Shown piece by piece: positions 19,343 through 27,617 of a stretch of DNA of 64,000 bases. Position numbers and translations under genes: made by a program. The stretch's first letter is position 1, and each line of letters starts with the position of its first letter. Below the pieces are notes generated by a model that was not told the DNA's origin, did not search any database, and was given only the letters and a program-made list of their open reading frames with translations. Origin of the DNA: Candidatus Limnocylindria bacterium (lineage in GTDB: Bacteria; Chloroflexota; Limnocylindria; QHBO01); NCBI GenBank assembly GCA_035708065.1, contig DASSTC010000043.1, positions 2,076 through 66,075 on the forward strand, written 5' to 3'.

Positions 19343-20400
19343 TCCAGGTTCGGAACGCGTGCGAGACCGATGCGGCCGCCTGGCAGGACTTCCTGTCGCG
19401 GACCGCCTCCGGCGATTTCCTGCATGACTGGGAGTGGGCCCAGGTGGCCGCCTTCGACGGGCAGCCGCAGCAGCGCTTCGTGGCCGAGGAGGACGGCATG
19501 CTGGTGGCCATCGCCGCCGCGCAGGTTCGCCGTTTGCCGCTGGGCAAGTCGTTCTGGTACGTGCCGCACGGCCCGGTCATGGACTACACGGATGCACGTG
19601 CCGGCGAGCGGTTGCGTGTCATGGCGGCCGCGCTGCGCGATGCGGCGCGTTTTGCCGGTGCCCTGGCGGTCAAGCTCGAGCCGCGCGTTCCCGCCGGGTC
19701 GGCTGCGGCGCGCCTCTTCACAGGCCTCGGGCTGCGCGCGGAGGTCGCAACCCTGCAGGTCGCCCAGACGCGGATCGTGCCGCTCGACGATGACGAGTCG
19801 CTGCTTGCCGGGTTCGACAAGGACACGCGGTACGCGGTGCGCCGCGCGGAGCGCGAGGGCGTCGAGGTGCGCGTGATCAGCGATGCGGCCGACGATGCCC
19901 CGGTCGATCGGCTGCACGAGCTCGTCGTCGAGACGCAGCGGCGCGCCGGCTTCCCCATGCCGAGCCGCAGCCGCTACCGGCTGGTGTGGCACGCGCTCGG
20001 CGGCGCGGGCCGCGCCCGAATCTTCGAGGCTTGGCTCGCCGACAGGCTGCTCGCCTCGGGGATGCTGGTCGTGGAGGGTGATCGGTCGTTCTACCTGTTC
20101 GCCGGCTCGCGGCGCGAGGAACGCGGCGAGCCGAAGCGCTACGCCACCTATGCGCTGCAGTGGGCGATGATCCGCGACGCCCGGGCGCAGGGAGCAAGGC
20201 ATCACGACCTGTGGGGCGTCGCGCCGCCGGGTGCCGGTACGGCACATCGCTGGTACGGCGTCGGGCTCTTCAAGAAGGGATTCGGCGGGGAGGAGGTCGT
20301 CTGGGCCGGCACGTGGGACGTCGTCGTGGACGCCACGCTGTACCGGCTGCGCACCGCTGTCGGAATGCTGCGCGGCTGGGCCGCCAGGCTGCGACGATGA
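19339..20400 (+). CDS. FemAB/FemX-family peptidoglycan-bridge aminoacyltransferase, paralogue 1
   Basis: FLHDWEWAQV..., FWYVPHGPV, FYLFAGS and GLFKKGFGG are present in about 353 aa. The start overlaps the murJ stop (ATGA). Confidence 0.8.
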   Translation: MIQVRNACETDAAAWQDFLSRTASGDFLHDWEWAQVAAFDGQPQQRFVAEEDGMLVAIAAAQVRRLPLGKSFWYVPHGPVMDYTDARAGERLRVMAAALRDAARFAGALAVKLEPRVPAGSAAARLFTGLGLRAEVATLQVAQTRIVPLDDDESLLAGFDKDTRYAVRRAEREGVEVRVISDAADDAPVDRLHELVVETQRRAGFPMPSRSRYRLVWHALGGAGRARIFEAWLADRLLASGMLVVEGDRSFYLFAGSRREERGEPKRYATYALQWAMIRDARAQGARHHDLWGVAPPGAGTAHRWYGVGLFKKGFGGEEVVWAGTWDVVVDATLYRLRTAVGMLRGWAARLRR

Positions 20401-20407
20401 AGGGGTG

Positions 20408-21907
20408 ATGACCCAACCACGCATGGGGCTCGGCGCGCTGACCGACGTCATCGAGCCGCGAAAGGTCCTCGGGATTCCCGGCGGCGAAGTGGGCGCGCTC
20501 GCCTACGACTCGCGCAATGTCGCGCCCGGAACGCTCTTCTTCGCCGTCCCGGGTGTCCATGTCGATGGGCACGACTACGTGCGCAGCGCGATCGAGCGCG
20601 GTGCGATCGCGCTCGTCGTCGAGCGCGAGCTCGACGACATCGCCGTCCCACAGCTGATCGTCGACAGCTCGCGCCGGGCATTGGCCGACGCCGCCGACGC
20701 GTGGTTCGGCCGGCCGTCCGAGCATCTCGAGGTGATCGGCGTCACCGGCACCGACGGCAAGACGACGACGACCTTCATGGCGGTCGCCATGCTGCTCGCC
20801 GAGGGCCGCAACCCGGGGCTCATCGGCACCGTCGCGCGCCGCGTCGGCAACGTCCAGGAGCCGAACGATGACCGCAACACCACGCCCGAGGCGCTCGAGC
20901 TCCAGCAGCTGCTGGCCGAGATGGTCGCCGCGGGCAACGACAGCGTGGTGATGGAGGCGACGTCGCACGGCCTGGCGCTCGACCGCGTTCGCAACTGCCG
21001 CTTCGACGCCAGCATCGTGACCACCGTGACCAGCGAGCACCTGGAGTTCCACGGTACGCTCGAGGCGTATCGCGCCGCCAAGGCGAAGCTCGTCGAGGAG
21101 GCGCCGCTGGCCGTGCTCAACGCGGACGACGCGACGTTCGGCTACTTCCTCGACCGCGCCCGCGATCGTGTCGTCACCTATGCCGTCGAGGCCGATGCCG
21201 ACGTGCGCGCCACCGCCGTCGATGCAGGCGCCGGCGGCACTCGCTTCACCGTGCGTGGTCCGCGCTGGAGCGGCGAGGTCTCACTGCAGATTCCCGGCTG
21301 GTTCAACGTCCACAACGCGCTCGCGGTGCTGGCGCTGGCCGAAGGGCTGGGCCTCGACCCCGCGGTGGCGGCGCGCGGCGTGAGCCAGCTGCCCGGCGTG
21401 CCGGGGCGCATGGAGCGCATCGACGAGGGCCAGCCGTTCACCGTGATCGTGGACTACGCCCACACCGCCGATGCGCTCGAGAAGGTGCTCGGCATCCTCC
21501 GCCCGCTGACCGCCGGGCGGCTGATCGCGGTGTTCGGCTCGGCAGGGGAGCGCGATCGGACGAAGCGACCGGCGATGGGCGCCGTCTCGGCGCGTCACGC
21601 GGACGTGACGATCGTCACCGACGAGGATCCGCGGCTGGAGGACGGCCACGCCATCAACCGCGAGATCGCCACAGGGGCGCTCCACGCCGGCGCAGTCGAA
21701 GGCGAGAACCTGTTCGTGATCGACGACCGCCGCGAGGCGATCGGCCATGCCATCACGCTGGCGCGCGCGGGCGACGTGATCCTGCTGGCGGGCAAGGGCC
21801 ACGAGCAGTGCATCATCTATGGCACCGAGCGCCGCTGGTGGGACGAGCGCGAGGTGGCGCGCCGGGCGCTGCGCAGCACCGGATTCGAGCGCGCGGCGGA
21901 TGGCTGA
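20408..21907 (+). CDS. murE: UDP-MurNAc-L-Ala-D-Glu:diamino-acid ligase MurE; third-residue specificity uncertain
   Basis: YDSRNVAPGTLFFAVPGVHVDGHDY and GVTGTDGKTTTT are present. The position of the usual DNPR motif reads VTDEDPRLE. Confidence 0.9.
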   Translation: MTQPRMGLGALTDVIEPRKVLGIPGGEVGALAYDSRNVAPGTLFFAVPGVHVDGHDYVRSAIERGAIALVVERELDDIAVPQLIVDSSRRALADAADAWFGRPSEHLEVIGVTGTDGKTTTTFMAVAMLLAEGRNPGLIGTVARRVGNVQEPNDDRNTTPEALELQQLLAEMVAAGNDSVVMEATSHGLALDRVRNCRFDASIVTTVTSEHLEFHGTLEAYRAAKAKLVEEAPLAVLNADDATFGYFLDRARDRVVTYAVEADADVRATAVDAGAGGTRFTVRGPRWSGEVSLQIPGWFNVHNALAVLALAEGLGLDPAVAARGVSQLPGVPGRMERIDEGQPFTVIVDYAHTADALEKVLGILRPLTAGRLIAVFGSAGERDRTKRPAMGAVSARHADVTIVTDEDPRLEDGHAINREIATGALHAGAVEGENLFVIDDRREAIGHAITLARAGDVILLAGKGHEQCIIYGTERRWWDEREVARRALRSTGFERAADG

Positions 21908-22964
21908 GCTGCACGCCTGGCGGGTGACCGATGCCGACGCCTGGAACGACTTTGCCACCGGTGCATCCCATCGCTCGTTTCCACAGCTCTGGGAGTGGGG
22001 CGAGCTGCGACAGCCGTTCGGCTGGCGCCCGGTGCGCATCGTGGTCGGGGAGCGCCAGGGCGCGCCGCTGGCCGGTGCCCAGGTGCTCATTCGCGACGTG
22101 CCGCTGTTCGGCTGGCGCCTCGGCTACGCGCCGCGCGGCCCGATTGGAGACCTCCACGACGAAGCGGTGCGCACCGCCGCATTCGCCGCGCTGCGCGCGC
22201 TGGCGCGTCGCGAGCGGATCGCCACGCTGAAGGTCGATCCGGAGGCGACCCCGGAGTCGGCCTTCGGTCGGGCCCTGCTGGCGCCGCCGTGGCGGGCGGC
22301 CGCCAAGGTCCAGCCACCGCGCACCCGCATCGTCGATCTGCACGCGTCCGAGGAAGAGCTGCGCGGGGGCATGCGACGCAAGCATCGGCAGTACGTCAAC
22401 AAGGCGCAGCGCGCCGGCGTGACCGTCGAGTGGCTCGACCACGCGGCCGGGGGCATCGGTCAGGCGCTGGCGGACTTCTATCGGATCTACACCTTCACCG
22501 CCGAGCGTGCGGGGTTCGTGGCACGGGCCGCCCGCTACTACCAGCGCGTCTGGGAGCTCTTCGCGCCCGCCGGCCGGGCTCGTCTCCTGTTCGCCAGCCT
22601 GGACGGTGAGCGGGTCGCCACCCTGTTCTGCTTCGTGTGCGGCGATCGCGTCGCCGAGGCATTCGGCGGAATGACCGATGCCGGCGCCGACTCTCGGGCC
22701 AACTACCTGCTCAAGTGGGAGGCGATCCGCGGCTTTCGGGAGCGTGGGGCGGCGACGTACGACCTGTGGGGCCTGGCCACCGGCGGCATCGCGCAGTTCA
22801 AGGAGGGGTTCGGCGGGCGGCAGGTCGACTACGTCGGCGCGCGCGACTGGCCGTTGCAGCGGCCGCAGGACGCGGCCCTTCGGCTGCTGCTGCCCGCCTA
22901 CGGCATCGCCCAGCGTGCCAGGCTGCGGCTGTCGGGTCGCAGGCTGGCCGGGAGCGACGACTGA
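21900..22964 (+). CDS. FemAB/FemX-family aminoacyltransferase, paralogue 2
   Basis: FPQLWEWGEL, LGYAPRGP and IAQFKEGFGG are present in about 354 aa. The gene overlaps murE by 8 nt. Confidence 0.8.
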   Translation: MAELHAWRVTDADAWNDFATGASHRSFPQLWEWGELRQPFGWRPVRIVVGERQGAPLAGAQVLIRDVPLFGWRLGYAPRGPIGDLHDEAVRTAAFAALRALARRERIATLKVDPEATPESAFGRALLAPPWRAAAKVQPPRTRIVDLHASEEELRGGMRRKHRQYVNKAQRAGVTVEWLDHAAGGIGQALADFYRIYTFTAERAGFVARAARYYQRVWELFAPAGRARLLFASLDGERVATLFCFVCGDRVAEAFGGMTDAGADSRANYLLKWEAIRGFRERGAATYDLWGLATGGIAQFKEGFGGRQVDYVGARDWPLQRPQDAALRLLLPAYGIAQRARLRLSGRRLAGSDD

Positions 22965-24025
22965 TGGCCGGCGCTCGCGTCCGTCCGGCCGACCCATCCG
23001 ATCGCGCGGCGTGGGACGCGTTCGTGGCGGGTCGGCCCGAGGGCGATCTGCTGCAGTCGTGGACCTGGGGCGACTGCTCGGCGCTTGCCGGCGAGCCGCC
23101 GGCCAGGATCGTCGCCCAGGGGCCGAACGGCGCGCTACGCGGCGTCGCACAGGCGCTCGTCCGACCGGCCGGCATTCGCCGCAGCGTGGCGTATGTGGCG
23201 CACGGCCCCGTCTGGGAGCGCGACGCGCCTGACGGCAGCGAGCTGCTTGGCGCGCTGCTCGCCGGGCTGCACGAGCTCGCGGCCGAGCACCGGGCGCTGG
23301 TCGTCAAGCTCGACCCGCGCGCCGGCAGCGACGCGGCAGCGGTGGCCTCCCAGCTCGAGCGCTTCGGCCTGCGCCGCGGCAACGACCTCCAGGCGCCGAC
23401 GACGCGCATCGTGGACCTCGCCGCCGGGGAAGAGGAGCTCATGGCGTCGTGGCATGCCGATGCCCGGCGGCTGTCGCGGCGAGCCGGACGCGAAGCTGTC
23501 GAGGTGCAGGTCGACCGCACCGGCGACCCAGCGGCGATCGCCACCCTTCATCGGTTGCTGGAAGTGACCGCCGGCCGCGCCGAGTTCCGCGTCCGCTCGC
23601 TCGCCTTCCTCGAGCGGCTGGCGGCCGGGTTCGCCGAGCACGACGGCTGGTACCTCGGCATCGCGCGGTTCGAGGGCACGCCGTTCGCCGCGATGGCCAT
23701 GCCGCGCCTCGGAGACCGGGCGTACTACCTGTACGGGGCGTCGCTGCGCGAAGCGGCCTACAAGCACAAGTATGGGCCGTACGCGGTGATGGCCACGCTG
23801 CAACGCCGGCTGGCCGCCGACGGGGTGCACGAGCTCGACATGTGGGGCGTCGTCGAGGCCGACGACCCGGACGCGGACCCTGCCTGGCAGGGATTCTCCG
23901 CGTTCAAGCGCACGTTCGGCGGCACGCCGCTGCGGCACCCCGGCCTGTTCGACCTGGTGACCGATCCGTTCTGGTACCGCCTGCGCGAGCTGCGCCAGTC
24001 CGCACTCGGGTTGCTCGGCCGCTGA
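22964..24025 (+). CDS. FemAB/FemX-family aminoacyltransferase, paralogue 3
   Basis: LLQSWTWGDC, VAYVAHGPV, YYLYGAS and FSAFKRTFGG are present in about 353 aa. The start shares 1 nt with paralogue 2's stop (TGATG). Confidence 0.8.
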   Translation: MAGARVRPADPSDRAAWDAFVAGRPEGDLLQSWTWGDCSALAGEPPARIVAQGPNGALRGVAQALVRPAGIRRSVAYVAHGPVWERDAPDGSELLGALLAGLHELAAEHRALVVKLDPRAGSDAAAVASQLERFGLRRGNDLQAPTTRIVDLAAGEEELMASWHADARRLSRRAGREAVEVQVDRTGDPAAIATLHRLLEVTAGRAEFRVRSLAFLERLAAGFAEHDGWYLGIARFEGTPFAAMAMPRLGDRAYYLYGASLREAAYKHKYGPYAVMATLQRRLAADGVHELDMWGVVEADDPDADPAWQGFSAFKRTFGGTPLRHPGLFDLVTDPFWYRLRELRQSALGLLGR

Positions 24026-24054
24026 GCGAGGACTGAGCGCGGGGAGCCGCGTGC

Positions 24055-24060
24055 TACCAT
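24055..24060 (+). promoter_or_regulatory. -10-like hexamer TACCAT with an upstream TG (TGCTACCAT), 9 nt before relA ATG 24070
   Basis: The hexamer was read directly, and no Shine-Dalgarno sequence is present. Confidence 0.4.
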
Positions 24061-24069
24061 CGAACGACC

Positions 24070-26286
24070 ATGGACCTGGCACGCCTCCGGGCCGCGCCGG
24101 CTGCCGTCGTCCAGCGCATCACCCGTTCCTCGGACGACGCGGCCGGTCCCCATTCGACGATCAGTGACGTAGTCGCCGAAGCGCAACGTCACCGCCCGAG
24201 CATCAACGTCGGGCTGATCGAGCGCGCCCACGGCGTGGCGGCGACGGCGCACGAGGGCCAGCTGCGCGCATCGGGTGAGCCGTACATCACCCACCCGGTC
24301 GATGTCGCCTTCTACCTCGCCGAGCTGCAGATGGACGCCGAGACGATTGCCGCGGCGCTGCTCCACGACGTTCCCGAGGACACCGACTTCACGCTCGCCG
24401 ACATCGAGAAGCGGTTCGGCCGCGAAGTGGCGCGGCTGGTCGACGGGGTCACCAAGCTCTCGAAGTTCGGCAGCGCCCGGTCGATGGAGGAGCAGCAGGC
24501 CGAGAACATCCGGAAGATGTTCATGGCGATGGCCGAGGACGTGCGGGTGGTCATCATCAAGCTCGCCGATCGCCTGCACAACATGCGCACGCTGCAGTAC
24601 ATGCCGGCCGACAAGCAGCTGCGCATCGCCCGCCAGTCGATGGAGATCTACGCGCCGCTGGCGCATCGGCTGGGGATGTGGCAGATCAAGTGGGAGCTCG
24701 AGGACCTGTCGTTCAAGTACCTCGAGCCGGAGCACTACCGCAAGCTCGTCGAGATGCTTGCCGACCGACGCAAGGCGCGCGAGTCGTTCGTCAACAAGAG
24801 CATCGGCATCCTGCGCAAGGAGCTCGGCAAGGTCGGGCTCGAGGCCGAGATCAGTGGTCGGCCGAAGCACCTGTACTCGATCTGGAAGAAGATGGAGCGC
24901 AAAGGCGCCGAGTTCAGCGAGATCTACGACATCCACGCCATCCGCGTGCTCGTCGACGACGTGAAGGACACCTACGCCGCCCTCGGCGTGGTCCACTCCA
25001 TCTGGCGACCGATTCCCGGGCAGTTCGATGACTACATCGCCATGCCCAAGGCGAACATGTACCAGAGCCTGCACACCGCGGTCATCGGGCCCGATGCCAA
25101 GCCGCTGGAGGTCCAGATCCGGACCCGGCAGATGCACGAGGTCGCCGAGGCGGGCATCGCGGCGCACTGGCGCTACAAGGAAGGCTCGCGCGGCGACCGT
25201 CGCTACGACGAGAAGCTGGCCTGGGTGCGCCAGCTCATCGACTGGCAGCGCGAGGTCGCCGATGCCACGGAGTTCGTCGAGGGCCTGAAGCTCGACGTCT
25301 TCCAGGACCAGGTCTTCGTCTTCACGCCGAAGGGCGACGTCAAGGACCTGCCCGCCGGCGCCGGCCCGCTCGACTTCGCCTACCGGATCCATACCGATGT
25401 CGGGCACCGGACGATCGGCGCCAAGGTGAACAACCGTCTCGTGCCGCTCGACTACCGGCTCCGCAACGGCGACATCGTCGAGATCGTGACGACCAAGGCG
25501 GCCCACGGCCCCTCGCGCGACTGGCTGAACATCGTGCGCACCTCGCACGCCCGGGAGAAGATCCGCGCCTGGTTCAAGCACCAGCAGCGCGACGAGAACA
25601 TCACCCAGGGCAAGGAGCTGCTCGACCGCGAGCTGCGGCGTCTGGCGCACGAGACGCTCATGTCGGTCGACGCGGAGAAGCTGACCGAGATCGCGCAGCA
25701 GCTGCGCTACCGCGAGCTCGACGACTTCTACGCCGCCATTGGCTACGGCGCGGTCTCTCCGGCGAGCGTGGTCAGCAAGCTCGAGATCCACGACGACGTC
25801 GAGATCACCCTGCCGGAGACCGCGCCACCGTCGGCGCCGGCGACGAGCGGCGTGCGGGTCAAGGGCGTCGGCGATCTGCTGGTGCGCTTCGCGAAGTGCT
25901 GCTCACCGATTCCCGGCGACGAGATCACCGGCTATGTCACCCGCGGCAAGGGCGTCACCGTCCACCGAGCCAACTGCCCGTCGGTCCTGTCGGAGCGCGA
26001 CATCGAGCGGCTGATCGACGTCGAGTGGGAGCTCGCCGGGCAGCAGACCTACCCGATCACGGTGCGGATCAGCGCGCTCGACCGGCCGGGGCTGCTCAAC
26101 GAGATCACCAACGTGGTGGCCGAGCACAAGGTGAACATCGTGGCGGCCTCGATCGGCACGCACGTCGACGGCACGGCCACGATCTCGGCCACCCTCAAGG
26201 TCACGTCGCTGCAGCAGCTGTCGCGAGTGCTGTCGCGAATCGAGCGCCTGCGCGATGTGACGAGCGTGACCCGCGAGGTTCGATAG
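24070..26286 (+). CDS. relA: bifunctional (p)ppGpp synthetase/hydrolase, RelA/SpoT homologue
   Basis: The HD hydrolase region (LLHDVPEDT), the synthetase region (YQSLHTAV), and TGS and C-terminal ACT-like regions are present. Length is 738 aa. Confidence 0.95.
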   Translation: MDLARLRAAPAAVVQRITRSSDDAAGPHSTISDVVAEAQRHRPSINVGLIERAHGVAATAHEGQLRASGEPYITHPVDVAFYLAELQMDAETIAAALLHDVPEDTDFTLADIEKRFGREVARLVDGVTKLSKFGSARSMEEQQAENIRKMFMAMAEDVRVVIIKLADRLHNMRTLQYMPADKQLRIARQSMEIYAPLAHRLGMWQIKWELEDLSFKYLEPEHYRKLVEMLADRRKARESFVNKSIGILRKELGKVGLEAEISGRPKHLYSIWKKMERKGAEFSEIYDIHAIRVLVDDVKDTYAALGVVHSIWRPIPGQFDDYIAMPKANMYQSLHTAVIGPDAKPLEVQIRTRQMHEVAEAGIAAHWRYKEGSRGDRRYDEKLAWVRQLIDWQREVADATEFVEGLKLDVFQDQVFVFTPKGDVKDLPAGAGPLDFAYRIHTDVGHRTIGAKVNNRLVPLDYRLRNGDIVEIVTTKAAHGPSRDWLNIVRTSHAREKIRAWFKHQQRDENITQGKELLDRELRRLAHETLMSVDAEKLTEIAQQLRYRELDDFYAAIGYGAVSPASVVSKLEIHDDVEITLPETAPPSAPATSGVRVKGVGDLLVRFAKCCSPIPGDEITGYVTRGKGVTVHRANCPSVLSERDIERLIDVEWELAGQQTYPITVRISALDRPGLLNEITNVVAEHKVNIVAASIGTHVDGTATISATLKVTSLQQLSRVLSRIERLRDVTSVTREVR

Positions 26287-26293
26287 AGGAGTA

Positions 26294-26308
26294 CCGGCGA
26301 GACGCCGG
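26294..26308 (+). terminator. short hairpin between relA and hisS
   Basis: CCGGCG-aga-CGCCGG forms a 6-bp stem. No U-tract follows. Confidence 0.3.
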
Positions 26309-26336
26309 ACCCGCTCGGGAACCACGACCGCATCGG

Positions 26337-26342
26337 TACACT
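26337..26342 (+). promoter_or_regulatory. -10-like hexamer TACACT, 6 nt before hisS ATG 26349
   Basis: The hexamer was read directly. Confidence 0.4.
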
Positions 26343-26348
26343 CGGAGC

Positions 26349-27617
26349 ATGGCTCGCACCCCAGCCGCGCCGCGAGGCACGCGCGACATCCTGCCCGCCG
26401 AGGCGGCGTACTGGCACCGCGTTGAATCGGTCGCGCGCGATCTCGCCGACCGATACGCCTTCGAGCGCATCGAGACGCCGCTGTTCGAGCGGGTCGAGCT
26501 CTTCGCGCGCAGCGCCGGGGAGACGAGCGACGTGGTGGAGAAGGAGATGTTCCGCGTCAGCGGCGCGAAGGGCAGCGACGAGGAGCGCGCCGACTGGGCG
26601 CTGCGGCCGGAGCCGACTGCCGGAATCGTGCGTGCCTTCATCGAGCACGGCATGCACGTGCTGCCCGGGCCGCTCCGCTTCTGGCTCATCGGTCCGATGT
26701 TCCGCTACGACCGCCCGCAGGCCGGCCGCTACCGGCAGTTCGCGCAGTGGGATTGCGAGGTGCTCGGCGATCCCGGACCGATGGTCGACGCCGAGCTCCT
26801 CGAGCTCGCCACGCGCTTCTATCGTCACTGCGGCGTCGAGGGCGTCACCATCCATCTCAACTCCATCGGCGACGCCACATGCCGGCCGGCGTACCGTGAG
26901 GCGTTGCTCCAATACTTCGCCGGACACCAGGACCGGCTGAGTGACGACGCGCGCCGCCGGTTGCGCTTCAACCCGCTGCGGGTGCTCGATGACCGCCACC
27001 TCGATCCGGAGCTTGCCGCTGGTGCTCCGAAGTCGACGGATCACCTGTGCGATGCGTGCCGCGAGCACTTCACGGCCGTGCGACGGCTGCTGGACGAGCT
27101 GCGGATCGAGTACCGCATCGATCACGCGCTGGTGCGCGGCCTCGACTACTACACCCGCACCACGTTCGAGTTCTACGTCGCCGGGCGCGAAGGGCAGCAG
27201 CAGGCGCTGGGTGGTGGCGGTCGCTACGACGGCCTGGTCGAAGGGCTCGGCGGACGGAGCACCCCGGCGATCGGCTTCGGGCTCGGCATCGACCGGACGA
27301 TCCTGGCCATGCAGGAGCAGGACGTCGAGCTGTCGCCCGCCGCAGCTCTGCTCGGCGTGGTGGGAGCCGGCGACGACCTTGCGGCTCGGCTGCGCGTGGC
27401 GGACGCGCTGCGCGACGCCGGCCTCCGGGTGCGGCCCGATGGCAGCAGCCGCAAGCTCGGCAAGCAGCTCGAGGCGGCGGCCAAGGCCGGTGCGCGCTGG
27501 GCGGTCATCGTCGGCGACGAGCTGGAGCGCGGCGCCGTGACGCTGCGCGACCTCGCCGTCGGTCAGCAGCGCGAGCTGCCACTCGACGAGGTCGCGTCCG
27601 CCATCGATCGGGCCTAG
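26349..27617 (+). CDS. hisS: histidine--tRNA ligase
   Basis: PRGTRDILP, FRYDRPQAGRYRQF and GGGRYDGL are present. The tracked ORF's 151 upstream codons overlap relA and were rejected. Confidence 0.95.
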   Translation: MARTPAAPRGTRDILPAEAAYWHRVESVARDLADRYAFERIETPLFERVELFARSAGETSDVVEKEMFRVSGAKGSDEERADWALRPEPTAGIVRAFIEHGMHVLPGPLRFWLIGPMFRYDRPQAGRYRQFAQWDCEVLGDPGPMVDAELLELATRFYRHCGVEGVTIHLNSIGDATCRPAYREALLQYFAGHQDRLSDDARRRLRFNPLRVLDDRHLDPELAAGAPKSTDHLCDACREHFTAVRRLLDELRIEYRIDHALVRGLDYYTRTTFEFYVAGREGQQQALGGGGRYDGLVEGLGGRSTPAIGFGLGIDRTILAMQEQDVELSPAAALLGVVGAGDDLAARLRVADALRDAGLRVRPDGSSRKLGKQLEAAAKAGARWAVIVGDELERGAVTLRDLAVGQQRELPLDEVASAIDRA

